This document shows positions 49,450 to 61,074 of a stretch of DNA of 64,000 nt, in pieces; positions within the stretch are counted from its first letter, which is position 1; each line of letters starts with the position of its first letter. The DNA is from Nitrospirota bacterium (lineage in GTDB: Bacteria; Nitrospirota; UBA9217). The stretch lies in NCBI GenBank assembly GCA_963741205.1, contig CAVUHW010000013.1:96001-160000 (forward strand). Direction: 5' to 3'. The notes under the pieces are model-generated. The model saw only the letters and a program-made list of their open reading frames with translations. It was not told where the DNA came from and searched no databases. The translations under genes and the position numbers were made by a program.

Positions 49450-50823
49450 ATGAAACCCAACTCAAGCTTCGCTTTGGCGTGTGCTGTCACCCTGTTGGCG
49501 GCGCTCTGCGTATTCGCCGGCGGCTGCGCCCACTGGCCCGCCACACCGCGGCTGGAGCACGCCGGCGCGCCCGGCTACCGGCTCGCCGAGGTGACCCGCC
49601 CCGGCCAGTCCGACGACCTGCTGGTGGTCCTCGCCATCTCCGGCGGCGGCACGCGCGCCGCGGCGCTGGGCTACGGCGTCCTGGAAGAGCTGCGCCGCAC
49701 CGAGGTGATGGTGAACGGCGTGAAACGCCGACTCCTCGACGAGGTGGACGTGATCTCGGCAGTGTCGGGAGGCACGCTGCCCGCCACCTATTACAGCCCT
49801 GCGCGGCGAGAAGACGTTCGAGGAGTTCGAGGCGAAGGTGCTGTCGCGCAATCTCGAGCGCGAGCTGGCGCTGCGCATCTTTACCCCGACCAACTGGTTC
49901 CGGCTTCCCTCCGGGACCTTCGGAAAGTCGGATCTCTTCGCCGAGCTCTACGACGAGACGGTGTTCGACCATGCCACCTTCGGCGACCTGAAGCGGGCCA
50001 ACGGGCCCTTCGTGATCATAAACGGCACCGATGTCACCACCGGCGCCCGGTTCAGCTTTACGCAGGACTACTTCGACGCTATCTGCGGCGATCTCTCGCG
50101 GGTGACGCTGGGACGGGCCATTGCCACCTCGACGGCGCTGCCGCCGCTGCTCACGCCCATCACCCTGGAGAACCGCGGCGGGACCTGCGGCAGGAAGGCG
50201 CCGGCCTGGCAGGCCGCTGCCGAGGCCGCTATCGGCGAGTCCGAGACGCCAGGCCGCGCCCTGCTCCGCGCCCGCGCGCTCCAGTCCTACGAGGACCCGG
50301 CCCGCCCTTACATTCACCTCTTCGACGGCGGTCTCTCCGAAAATCTCGGCCTGACCGAGGTGCTCAGGGCCTTCGAGCTCCTGAAGGTCGACCCGGACGA
50401 GACGGTGCTGCCGGCGCTCCGCCGGGCCCGCAAGGTGGTGGTCATCATTGTGAACGCGCTGCGCTTCCCCGAGGTGGACTGGGACCGCTCCCCCGAGCCG
50501 CCGAACACCGATACGCTGCGGACCAGATGTGGTCGATCCCGGTCGACCGGATATCCCTCGACGCGGTGGAGCAGGTGCGCGAGAAACTGGCCGCCTGGCA
50601 GGCTGACGCTCGCGTGGGCGGCCCGGAGCGGCGCGGGTACCTGGCGCAGGTCACCTTCGACGCCCTGAAGGACCCGTCGGAGCGCCTCTATTTCAAGCGG
50701 GTGAAGACCAGCTTGACGCTGCCCAAGGAGCAGGTGGACCGGCTGCGCGAGGTCGCCGGCCGGCTCCTGCGCGAGGCGCCCGCCTACCAGAGACTGCTCG
50801 TTGACCTGGAATCGGGACGCTAG
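49450..50823 (+). CDS. Patatin-like phospholipase family lipoprotein (frameshifted)
   Basis: AGGC lipobox, SGGGTRAAA, SAVSGG, DGGLSENLG. Confidence 0.88.
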   Translation: MKPNSSFALACAVTLLAALCVFAGGCAHWPATPRLEHAGAPGYRLAEVTRPGQSDDLLVVLAISGGGTRAAALGYGVLEELRRTEVMVNGVKRRLLDEVDVISAVSGGTLPATYYSPARREDVRGVRGEGAVAQSRARAGAAHLYPDQLVPASLRDLRKVGSLRRALRRDGVRPCHLRRPEAGQRALRDHKRHRCHHRRPVQLYAGLLRRYLRRSLAGDAGTGHCHLDGAAAAAHAHHPGEPRRDLRQEGAGLAGRCRGRYRRVRDARPRPAPRPRAPVLRGPGPPLHSPLRRRSLRKSRPDRGAQGLRAPEGRPGRDGAAGAPPGPQGGGHHCERAALPRGGLGPLPRAAEHRYAADQMWSIPVDRISLDAVEQVREKLAAWQADARVGGPERRGYLAQVTFDALKDPSERLYFKRVKTSLTLPKEQVDRLREVAGRLLREAPAYQRLLVDLESGR

Positions 50824-51015
50824 AATCTGTTTTCAAAAAGACCAAGCGCTTTGCCTTTTATGTCGGCAAGCGATGCAGCAGCTCGACGATCGGGGATGTC
50901 GCCAAGGAGTTCCGGCCAACTTCGTAGAAAAAGCAACACGGCTGCAACGTCCATGATTATTTAGGCTTGCAAACAGCCCCATAATCGGATAAATTTGTCA
51001 TCAGAGGAGATTAAC

Positions 51016-51216
51016 GTGAAGATAGATATCGAGAAAGAAGAAGACGGACGTTGGATTGCCGAAGTATCCGATCTTCCCGGCGTCTTGGCCTATGGAACAA
51101 CGCGCGAAGATGCCATTGCCAAAGTTGAAGCACTTGCTCTCCGAGTGATTGCGGATCGAATCGATCATGGTGAGACCATCCCGGAGCTCGATGAACTTTT
51201 TGCGGTCACTGCATGA
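51016..51216 (+). CDS. hicB: HicB family antitoxin (short form, no DNA-binding domain)
   Basis: EEDGRWIAEV.DLPGVLAYG.TREDA. Confidence 0.88.
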   Translation: MKIDIEKEEDGRWIAEVSDLPGVLAYGTTREDAIAKVEALALRVIADRIDHGETIPELDELFAVTA

Positions 51217-51428
51217 GCCAATGGCCTTCTACGAAAACCCACACGGTTCTTGCCGCACTCCTTCATATCGGCTGGTCCATTAAACGAGAAACTGCCGGTT
51301 CCCACCGCATTCTTTCACGGCCTGGGTGGCCTGATTTTGTCTTCGCCTTTCATGATGGTACTGAAATCGGTCCCCGCATGCTTGCTCGCATCGCGAAGAA
51401 GACGGGTCTCCATCCTGTCGATTTATAG
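51213..51428 (+). CDS. hicA: HicA family toxin
   Basis: LLHIGW..KRE.GSHRIL...FHDG.EIGPRML; ATGA overlap with hicB. Confidence 0.88.
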   Translation: MSQWPSTKTHTVLAALLHIGWSIKRETAGSHRILSRPGWPDFVFAFHDGTEIGPRMLARIAKKTGLHPVDL

Positions 51429-51535
51429 AATAACCGAATTATTATCCAGCTTGTCGTTCCACGCCGACCGCTTCGCGGCTCGTCGTTAACAATTTATTGC
51501 CCTCACTTGACTTCGTCGTTGCGCTGCATCGACCT

Positions 51536-52456
51536 ATGGTTACACTGACATCAGCCATCGCGCCGGTTCTTGTTCTTATCCTGCTTGGTTTCGGCCTGAG
51601 GAAGACCCATTTCCTTACGGACGATGCGTGGACGGGTCTGGAGAAGCTGACCTATTTCATATTGTTCCCCGCATTGCTCGTCCGCGAGCTGGCAAATCAA
51701 AGGCTGACCGGTGTGCCGTGGCCCCCTATCCTGCTGGTTGTACTGGGAACGCTCCTGACAGCGGCAATCGTGCTCGTCCTTTGGCAAAGGGTCCGGAAGT
51801 CGTCATCCGGTCCCGTCTTTACTTCCATATTCCAGGGAGGAGTCCGTTTCAACACCTACATTGCACTTGCCGTTGCCCAGGCAGTGTACGGCGCCGAGGG
51901 GCTCGCACTGGCTGCGGTTGCCGCCGGGTTCATGATCGTCGTGATCAACATTCTCTGTATCTCGGTGTTCGCGGTATGGGGAGAGGGCCGGGAGAGTGGG
52001 GCAAGACCGGTCATCCGGGAGGTCGTCGGCAATCCGCTGATCATCAGCTGCGCGCTCGGATGGTTGCTGAGCATGAGCCAGATAGGCCTGCCGGGAATAT
52101 CGAAGGATGTCGTAGATATCGCGGCCCGGGCTGCCCTGCCGCTCGGGCTCCTGGCCGTAGGGGGTGCGCTCCGGCCCGAAGCGGTGAGAGGTCATCTCGG
52201 TCCGATCGCCGTGTCGTCGATCGTCCAGTTCGTCATCAAACCGCTTACCGCCGCGTTCATGATCTCTCTGACCGGCGTGACCGGCGTTGCCGCGGGAGCG
52301 CTGCTCATCGCGATGACGACGCCCACCGCGCCCTCGGCCGTTATCCTTGCCCGGCAGCTCGGCGGCGACACGGAAACGATGGCCTCGATCATTACGATTC
52401 AGACCGGCATGGCGTTCCTTCTCATGCCGATCCTTGGCACTCAGCTTCCGCGATGA
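51536..52456 (+). CDS. AEC family transporter
   Basis: EKLTYFILFPALL, RFNTYI, NPLI, PTAPSA..LARQLGGD. Confidence 0.9.
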   Translation: MVTLTSAIAPVLVLILLGFGLRKTHFLTDDAWTGLEKLTYFILFPALLVRELANQRLTGVPWPPILLVVLGTLLTAAIVLVLWQRVRKSSSGPVFTSIFQGGVRFNTYIALAVAQAVYGAEGLALAAVAAGFMIVVINILCISVFAVWGEGRESGARPVIREVVGNPLIISCALGWLLSMSQIGLPGISKDVVDIAARAALPLGLLAVGGALRPEAVRGHLGPIAVSSIVQFVIKPLTAAFMISLTGVTGVAAGALLIAMTTPTAPSAVILARQLGGDTETMASIITIQTGMAFLLMPILGTQLPR

Positions 52457-52482
52457 ATGCAGGGATGAGGGGATGAGGCTTC

Positions 52483-52912
52483 ATGACACCAAAAAGATCA
52501 AAGACAAATGCGATCCGAACGACGCTGATCGCCCCCTGTGGAATGAACTGTCGTCTCTGTTGCGCATATACAAGAGACAAGAAGGCATGCCCCGGTTGCC
52601 GAGGCGACGACAGCGTCAAACCAAAAACCCGCGTCACCTGCCGAATCAAGAACTGTGAGAAGATAGCGGCAAGGTAAAGTCAGGTACTGCTTCAGCTGTG
52701 ACAGGTTTCCTTGCGACAGGCTGAACCACCTGGATGAGCGGTATAGAGCCAAGTATGGAATGAGTATGATTGACAATCTCGTGCACATAAAGAAGTTCGG
52801 CATAAGACATTTCATTCGAAACGAAAAGGAACGTTGGACCTGTCCCGAGTGCGGTCAGCTGATCTGTGTTCATAAACCGCAATGCCTTATATGCGGCCGC
52901 ACGTGGCGCTAG
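52483..52912 (+). CDS. DUF3795-like Cys-rich protein (frameshift near 52670)
   Basis: APCGMNCRLC, CPGC, C.IKNC, YCFSCDRFPC, CPECG. Confidence 0.8.
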
Positions 52913-52989
52913 AAATATTCCCATGGACGTACCCGTATTGAGCGATATAACTGCAAAAAAAATCTACGATCCTATTTGGAAACAACATC

Positions 52990-53515
52990 ATGGCTGACAA
53001 ACGATCCAACATCATACTGATCGGAATGCCCGGCTCGGGCAAGAGCACCGTGGGGGTGATCCTGGCAAAGCTTCTGTCGATGGGCTTCATCGATACCGAT
53101 GTCCTTATCCAGACCGGGCAGGGCCGCACGCTGCAGGACATCGTCGATCATGAAGGCTACATGGTCTTGCGCAAGATCGAGGAGGACGTGCTCATAAAAC
53201 TCGATTGCCGCAATCACGTTATCGCCACCGGCGGCAGCGCGGTGTACAGCCAAGAAGCCATGGGGCATCTGAAATCGAACGGGACCGCCGTCTTTCTGAA
53301 CGTGGACCTGGCTACGCTCAAATCGAGAGTTCATGATTACGATACGAGGGGTCTTGCGAAACGGCCGGACCAGAGCGTAGACGACCTCTTCGCGGAGCGG
53401 TTCGCCCTGTACCGGCGAGCATGCGGACATCACCATCGATTGCGTGGGCCTCACGCATGAGGAGGTCTGCGCACGGATCATGCAAGAGCTGGAAGCGGGA
53501 AGGGGAGTCAAGTGA
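52990..53515 (+). CDS. Second shikimate kinase-family protein (frameshift near the 3' end)
   Basis: ILIGMPGSGKSTVG, DTD, IATGGSAVY. Confidence 0.88.
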
Positions 53516-53701
53516 GAAAAAGCGCTGAGCTTTCGGATCGGAAGCTATAGATATTTTTTACGCGGTTTAGTATAATTATATCTATCCGCGCCCGGAAAGA
53601 AGCGGTGTCAAGCCCCGGCTCACGAACAGTCAAAAAGCGGACAGCATAACGGAACGCGGGCCTTGAGGAGCATTGAAAATTCCGGATCAGGAGGTGCTGA
53701 T

Positions 53702-55900
53702 ATGATGAAAGCGATGCGTTTTCCGGGATTTCCCGCCCTGCTTCTCGCTCTTGCCGCTCTCATTACCGCGGCCGCCTGCCACAGCGGCGGCAGCGCCGCC
53801 GATACCGCAGACGCCCCCCTTTTCAGCCAAGCTCGTCAAGGCCTTTGACCCCGGCTGATCTGGAGAAGCGCCTCAAGGCGGAATTGATCCGCCGCTACAG
53901 CGGGAGTATGATCCGTTACAGCTATGGCGGGTCGCTTCCCGGTGGGTGGCGGCTGCGGTCATGCCCCCGACAACGTCCCAACCCGATAGCAGCACCCCCA
54001 CCGCGGCCGGAGGCAATGCCGATACCAGCCACTCCAGACGAATGTGCAGGAAAAGGGAGTTGATGAAGGCGACCTGGTCAAGACGGACGGGGCCTTCATT
54101 TACCTGGCCCGCGGCAGCGCACTTTTTCGTGTTACAGGCAAAGCCTGCCGAGCAGACCGCCCTCGTCAGCGACATAGACCTCAAGGAGTCTATCATCGAA
54201 CTCCACCTTTCCGGTTCCAGGGTAACAGTCATGACAGACTCTCTATGATCATTCCCGATGATCGTATCGGGCGGGACTGCGACCGTCGTCTCCCTTGGTC
54301 TGTTCGAACGAGACGACGACGGTCGTTTCTCCTCCGCCCGGCTCGGGCGGGACGCACACACCACGGTGATTTCTCCCACTGTTGCCGGCGCTGCCCACTC
54401 ATGCGCGTCCCCAGATATCAGCCGGTCACCAAAGTCTATTCCTACGACGTGACCAATCCTGTCTACGCCGGTCCTGTCGGCCAGCATCGAATTTCCCGGC
54501 AGCCTGGAGGGAAGCCGCCGCATCAACAACACCATCTATCTCGTACTCAATCATACGATCGATATTCCGAATCCGGTCAGTCCCTGGGACTATTTAACTG
54601 CCGGGATGCTCCTATGACCAGTCCGGGTATGAAATGGCAAGCAAACTGGCCCTTGAAGAAAACACCAGGAGGATCAACGAGCTGACGCTTGACGATCTCC
54701 TGTCCACCTACACTACCACCCTTTACAGCGGCGGCACCGGAACAGCCATCACGAACCCTGCCGTTTCCGCGGGCGATGTCTACATTCCTGAATTCGGCAA
54801 CGGAACCGACCTTTCCCTCGTCATGAGCCTCGACCTCGGCAGCCCGGTCCCTGCAGTAGCCTCCTCGGCGGTGCTCAGTTCCTGGTGCCGCGTCTACATG
54901 AACCAGGACAGCCTCTACCTCTCCTCGGACAACAACTGGTTGTGGATCGAGCCGATGGTCAATGCCGCCATGCCTCAAGGCAATCCCGAACCACGGACCG
55001 CAGTCCATAAATTCGCCATAGACCCCACAACGGGCAAACCTTTCTATCGCGGCAGCGGGATCGTGGACGGCTGGCTCAATGACCGGTTCAGCATGAGCGA
55101 CTACCAGGGCTATCTGCGCATCGGCACCACCCGCGGCGGGTGGTGGGGCGAGGGGATCAGCAACCAGCTGACCATCCTGGGTGAGGCAGAACGACAACCT
55201 CGTATCAACGGGCACCGTCACGGGAATCGCCCCCGGCGAGCGCATCTATTCCATGCGCTTCGACCGGGACCGGGGCTACATGGTAACGTTCCGCCGGACC
55301 GATCCGCTCTTTACCTTCGACCTGAGCGACCCCGCGAACCCGCGGCTCGCGGGCGAAATAACGGTAAACGGCTTTGCGACGTACATCCATCTTCTGGGCG
55401 CGAGACGAGACTTCTGACCATCGGCCAGTCCGCTGATTCAACCGGCAGGGTGAACGGCAACAAGCTCCAGCTCTTCGACGTGAGCGATTTGTCGGCGCCG
55501 ACGCTGCTCTGCCGACTATGAACTGGGGCCAGGCTGGTCGGACGCCCTCTACGATCCGCATGCATTCCTCTACTACGAGCCCCTGGGCGTCCCTCCGGGA
55601 TCCTCACTATCCCGTATTATAGCTATGGGGACTACATTCGACTCATACAGCACCGGCCTGGACGTCTTCGATATCGATCCTGCAGGCAGCATCACCAAGC
55701 GGGGGGTCATTTCCGCCCCGACCGTTACGACGAACTACGGCAGCTACCTCGACACGGTGGACCGCTCCGTGATCATCGGCAGCACCATCTTTTCCGTGGC
55801 CCACCGTTCCGTTACCGCTGCTGGCGCGGACCTCCTTGATGTAAAAAAGTGGCGATCCTTCCGGAAAGCTATTCCTACGGCGGCACTATCGGCGGAATAG
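53702..55900 (+). CDS. Secreted beta-propeller domain lipoprotein (heavily frameshifted)
   Basis: AAC lipobox; NVQEKGVDEGDLVKTDG, LNDRFSMSDY.GYLRIGTT, GERIYSMRF...VTFRRTDPLF. Confidence 0.8.
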
Positions 55901-56012
55901 TCCCGATCGGAATTCCGACCCCTTTGCGCGCCTCGACAAGGAAATGATGCGCGTGCATCCTGCTTGGACGAATGTGCTTGCATCTCTATCCCTGCATCCG
56001 GCATAATGCCTG

Positions 56013-57570
56013 ATGCTCCTCATCTTCCCTCCTGTTGCAAAACCCTGCGAACCGCCGGCAGGCATCGCGAAGCTTGCCGGCGCGCTTAAAGCCCACGGAA
56101 TATCCTGCGAACTCCTTGACGCGAATATCGAAGGGCTGCTCCATCTTCTCGGACAAACGCAAACAGCCTCCGATACCTGGACCCGCAGGGCGGTCAAAAA
56201 CATTTCAGCGAACATCGCCGCGCTCAGAGATCCGAGGACCTATCAATCTCCCGACCGATACGACCGGGCGGTCCGGGACGTGAACCGCGTCCTCTCGGTT
56301 TCGGGCGGACACGGCGCGCTCGTCGGCCTGGCGGATTATCAGCACCGAAGTCTCTCGCCCCTGCAGAGCGCTGACCTGCTTTTTTCCGCAGCACATCCCG
56401 AACAAAATCCCTTCTATCCGTACTTCAGCAAGCGGCTGCCGGAAATGCTCGATCGCGCGACAACCGGGATGGTCGGTCTTTCCCTGAACTTTCTGAGCCA
56501 GGCGCTCACAGCCTTCGCCATGATCGGGTTTATCAGGAAGGAATTCCCGGGAGTGAAGATCATCCTCGGCGGCGGACTGGTCGAGTTCATGGATGAAAAG
56601 GCCTGGCTTTCAGAATCCCTTCGGCGATCTCGTGGATCACTTGATCGCCGGCCCGGGAGAGGGGCCCCTGCTCGATTTGCTCGGCGTCAAAAAAGTCACG
56701 AGTCATCACTATACGCCGGATTACGCCTCACTCCCGGTCAACGATTATCTTTCACCCGGCTTCATCCTTCCCTACAGCGGGTCGAGCGGGTGCTACTGGA
56801 ATAAATGCTCCTTCTGCCCCGAGACAGCAGAGGACAATCCCTATGTTTCGGTCCCCGTTCCGCAGGCAATGGCTGATCTAAGGGCACTGGCCGCGAATAC
56901 GAAGCCGGTCATCATCCATCTCCTGGACAATTCGGTGAGTCCCGCGCTCATGCAGGCGCTCGCGGCCGACCCTGTCGGGGTCCCCTGGTACGGGTTCGCG
57001 AGGATCGGCAAGGACCTGTGCGATCTCGATTACTGCATGGCCCTCAGGCGTTCTGGGTGCGTGATGCTCAAGCTCGGACTGGAATCTGGGGACCAGGGAG
57101 TTCTCGACCGGTTGAACAAGGGCATCGACCTCGAAACGGCGTCGAAGGTCTTAACGAATCTCTCGAAGGCGGGGATAGCCGCGTACGTCTATCTTCTCTT
57201 CGGCACGCCCGCTGAAACAGTGGTCGAAGCGCGGAAGACACTCGAATATGTGGCCGCTCACGCGGAGGCGATCACGTTCCTCAATCTGGCCATCTTCAAT
57301 TTGCCCGTGTGCGGCGCTGAGGCCGCTCTCTATGAGACCGGTCAGTTCTATGAAGGAGACCTCTCGCTCTACAGCGGTTTCAAGCACCCGCGCGGATGGG
57401 ACCGGAAGGAGGTGCGCAGATTTCTGGACGCCGAGTTCAAACGCCATCCTGCTGTAGCAGCCATCCTCAAGAACGACCCGCCGTTTTCACCTCCAATCAC
57501 GCCGCTTTTTTCGCGCCCGCCTCGAGGCCGATGCCTTGAAATTTGTCTTTTTTCAGCTATAGTAAAATGA
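56013..57570 (+). CDS. B12-binding/radical SAM protein (frameshift near 56585; 3' end uncertain)
   Basis: IILGGG; GCYWNKCSFC; LKLGLESG; LFGTP.ET. Confidence 0.85.
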
Positions 57571-57632
57571 GTGGCATTACAAAGATCCCTCGTAACAAAT
57601 CCAGCCGATGCTTCATGACAAGGAGGACAACA

Positions 57633-58701
57633 ATGAATAGCGCAAGAGGCATTACCTCACGGTTTTTTCTTAGGTTCCCGTTGATCTTCGCCGCATTGTG
57701 CATCACTCTATTCGTCGCGAGGTCCCTGTTTGCCGCGAGCGCGGATGGAGATCTCATGGACAAGGCCAAGTCGGTCTTCGGGCCGCTCCCCGCCTCCATG
57801 CCGTCTCCGGACAATCCCATAACCCCCGCGAAGGTGAAACTGGGGAGGGTGCTTTTCTATGAATCGCGGATTTCCATCGACGGGACCGTGAGCTGCGCCA
57901 AATGCCACCCCATGGGCCTGTACGCGGCGGACGGGCTCAAAAAGGCCGATCGGCAACAACTGCAAGGTCCTCCCGCGAAACTCGCCGACCCTCTTCAACG
58001 CGGCGGCCCAGATTTCGCAGCACTGGATCGGCAACCGGACGAGCGTCGAAGACCAGGCCAGGCAAGCGGTGACCGGGCCCCCGGCATTCGGCATGCCGTC
58101 CAATGAATCCGTTGAGAATATCCTCAAGGGGATGAAGGGGTATGTTGCTCTGTTCAAGGAGGCCTTTCCCGGAGACAAGGACCCCGTAACCATGGAAAAT
58201 TTCGCAAAGGCGGTCGGGGCGTTTGAGCGGACGCTCGTGACGCCGGCGCCCTTTGACGATTACGCCCGGGGCGATGCCGGCGCGCTGACGGCAGAGCAGA
58301 AGCGGGGATTTAAGACTTTTCTGGACACGGGGTGCATGATGTGTCATGCCGGTCCTTACTTCGGCGGCCAGATGTATCAGAAGTTCGGCATGCTGGAGCC
58401 GTACGAGAAATACACGAAGAGCCAGCCGGTGGACGAGGGACGGTTCGCGGTCACGAAAGACCCGACCGACAAGTATGTGTTCAAAGTCCCGGTGCTCCGT
58501 AACGTTGCCGAAACGCCGCCGTATTTTCACGACGGGTCCGTGGAAAAGCTTGAAGACGCGGTCGTAATCATGGCGAGGATCCAGCTCGGGAAGAACCTGA
58601 CAAAAGAGCAGGCGGGTGACATTGTCGCTTTTCTTAAGTCATTGACCGGCAAGATTCCCGATGCGGCGCTGACCGTGCCTGTGCTGCCGTCGGAGGAATG
58701 A
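57633..58701 (+). CDS. Di-heme cytochrome c peroxidase (frameshift near 57945)
   Basis: LGRVLFYESRIS, CAKCH, CMMCH, FKVPVLRNV..TPPYFHDG. Confidence 0.92.
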
Positions 58702-58723
58702 GACGGAGGCTGTCAGAAAAGGC

Positions 58724-58805
58724 CGTCATTCCCGCAACGTTTCAGAGCGGGAATCCATTTTTATCTCAGAACAATGGATCCCGATAGAGGCATTCGGGGA
58801 TGACA
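58724..58805. repeat. REP-like inverted doublet
   Basis: CGTCATTCCCGC...GCGGGAATCCA and TGGATCCCGA...TTCGGGGATGACA. Confidence 0.78.
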
Positions 58806-58857
58806 ACTCTGATCGACTTAATGAAAACGTTTTACGAAAATCCGAAGGAGGTCCGGC

Positions 58858-59379
58858 ATGGGCAATCTGATCCAGGGAGACCTGGTGCGGCACGAGCGGT
58901 TCGGCATCGGACGCATCGAAGAAATATCGGGTGCGGGGGTAAGCCGGGATTGCGTTGTCTATTTCTCCCGCATGGACAAAAGAACCTCCGTATCGGAAGA
59001 TGACCTCGTCGTGCTGTCCGAAGCGGAGACAACGGCCTACGAAATGATGAAGCTCGCGGTGTATGAAGTAAATCGCGAGGACCTCCCCAAGATGGAATTG
59101 GGTGCGCGCTGGCAGGACGGGGAAATGATTTTGAAGCCCGGCGATCCGAAGCTGGCGGCAAAGAGCGTGCCCATCGAGACCTTTTTCCATAAGATCGTGA
59201 TGGTCCGCGATCGCCTGCGGGTCATGGAGGCGCAGATCAATTCACACAAGCTCCTTTCGGACGGCGAGAAAGTCGATTTTCAGCAATACATCACGCGCAT
59301 CTACGGTTCGCTTACCACATTCAATGTCCTGTTCAAGGACAAGGAAGATCACTTCATCGGCCAGAAGGGAGATGTTTGA
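58858..59379 (+). CDS. Conserved hypothetical protein with N-terminal SH3/Tudor-like segment
   Basis: GDLVRHERFGIGRI; FFHKIVMVRDRLRV...QYITRIYGSLTTFNVLF; SD AAGGAGG. Confidence 0.75.
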   Translation: MGNLIQGDLVRHERFGIGRIEEISGAGVSRDCVVYFSRMDKRTSVSEDDLVVLSEAETTAYEMMKLAVYEVNREDLPKMELGARWQDGEMILKPGDPKLAAKSVPIETFFHKIVMVRDRLRVMEAQINSHKLLSDGEKVDFQQYITRIYGSLTTFNVLFKDKEDHFIGQKGDV

Positions 59380-59532
59380 AGAGCGCGATATTTAGCGGCG
59401 TGATACTTTATGATTAGCCGCTTACTCATCCCCTCCGTAACGATCGTCATTATGGTAATTTGCAGTTCTTCGGAATTGTCTTGAAAAGAGCGGTGGAAGA
59501 GGGATAAAATCCCATACCTTGGGGGATTAACT

Positions 59533-60081
59533 ATGAAGCGGGTTCTCATACCAGGATTCCTGATCATACTGATCGGATTGGTTACGATCTCCGGTTGCGG
59601 GGGTAGCAGCGGCGGAGGATCCGCCCCGCCCCCCGCAGCCGCGTCCGTGCCCTCATCAGCGTCGGCGGCGAAGGCGATAATAACGCTTTCGACCCAGGGC
59701 ACGCTTACTGCGCCCGCCCTGATCGGCAGTATTGACGGCGTCGTTAACCTGCCGGCGAACGTGACGGTCAAGGCAAGCGCTCAAGACAGTTTGATAACCG
59801 ACACCAGCGTGGTTTCCGCCGTTGGCGCAGCCGCTGGAGCGGAAAAGGCGCAATATATCTACGGGACATCGGCGACGGGGACTACACACAGCGTCCACGT
59901 CTTCATCGCAAAAACCGCCGGTTTTACGACCGGCGACTTTGCGACGGTGATCTGCGATATTGCCCCAGGGAGCAGCCCTCCAACAGCCGACTTCAGCCTT
60001 GCCGGTTTCACGGTTGTTGATTCGCTGAGCGGCCTGGCCCTCTCCGGCCTGACGGTAAATTTTAACGTCGTTCTCCAGTAA
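59533..60081 (+). CDS. Lipoprotein, all-beta cohesin-like domain
   Basis: ISGC lipobox, Gly/Ser/Pro linker, Thr/Ala/Val-rich beta domain. Confidence 0.7.
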   Translation: MKRVLIPGFLIILIGLVTISGCGGSSGGGSAPPPAAASVPSSASAAKAIITLSTQGTLTAPALIGSIDGVVNLPANVTVKASAQDSLITDTSVVSAVGAAAGAEKAQYIYGTSATGTTHSVHVFIAKTAGFTTGDFATVICDIAPGSSPPTADFSLAGFTVVDSLSGLALSGLTVNFNVVLQ

Positions 60082-60282
60082 CTCGCCGGGCAAGACTGAA
60101 GCGATCATCCTGGTTTCCATAACACGGCATCTTTATACAAGGGATCTGAACGGCGACGGCAAGCAAGACTCCCTCGATTACATCTTCACGGCGAACTTTA
60201 TCGCCGCGCGACAGAAAAAGTAAAAGTGTCTCCGGCACTATGCAGGTAATGAAGTCGTCCGATTGCGGCGGGAGGCCGCGCT

Positions 60283-60885
60283 ATGAATATCGAGCCCATC
60301 AACGTGTTGCTGATAGAAGACAGCCCCGATGACGCCCTTCTTATCAGCAAGTCCCTGGCCGGCGCTATGAAGACGCCCTACGGGTTCAAACATGTCGGGA
60401 AACTGACTGACGGCATGGAATGCCTGGCGGGAGGGGGCATCGATATCGTGCTTTTGGACCTTGGGCTGCCGGACGGCCGCGGCATCAGCACCTTTGCCGT
60501 GCTGCATAAACACTCGCCCGATGTCCCGGTAATCGTTCTGACCGGCCACGATGATGAAGAACTCGCCATCGAGGCCGTTCAAAAAGGCGCACAGGACTAT
60601 CTCGTGAAGGGGAAGGTCGACGGTGGGCTCCTGCGGCGCTCCATCCGCTATGCGATCGAACGGCAGAAACTGCGCACCCAACTGAAGCAGTCGATGAAGG
60701 AGATCAACACACTGCGGGGCTTCCTGCCCATCTGCGCGAATTGTAAAAAGATCCGTGACGACCACGGCTATTGGACCCAGATCGAAACGTATATCAGCAT
60801 GCACTCGGAAGCGGAATTCAGCCACGGCCTCTGTCCCGAATGTGTTGTCAAGCTCTACGGAAATGAAATCGGGAAAAAAGAATGA
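60283..60885 (+). CDS. Response regulator REC plus C-terminal CxxC...CxxC domain
   Basis: LLIEDSPDD, LLDLGLPD, QDYLVK; LPICANCKKIRD...SHGLCPEC. Confidence 0.9.
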   Translation: MNIEPINVLLIEDSPDDALLISKSLAGAMKTPYGFKHVGKLTDGMECLAGGGIDIVLLDLGLPDGRGISTFAVLHKHSPDVPVIVLTGHDDEELAIEAVQKGAQDYLVKGKVDGGLLRRSIRYAIERQKLRTQLKQSMKEINTLRGFLPICANCKKIRDDHGYWTQIETYISMHSEAEFSHGLCPECVVKLYGNEIGKKE

Positions 60886-61074
60886 CAAAGGCTGTCGGGC
60901 ACCCGTCTCTCAAATCGACGCCTTTCGAGCGCCCTGCCTCTGGAACACCGTATCATCCAGCCTCCCTCATCGCCGTTCGCTGTCCACGGCGCATGCCCGA
61001 AGCGGAAGCGTCACGCCGGCGTCATGATATTTTCTGTTGTATTAGCAAGCCATTTGGAATAAATTACTTTGTCC

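Noticed and set aside
50822-50990. Possible IS end (GAATCTGTTTTCAAAA) upstream of hicB
   Set aside because: No matching inverted end or transposase fragment found.
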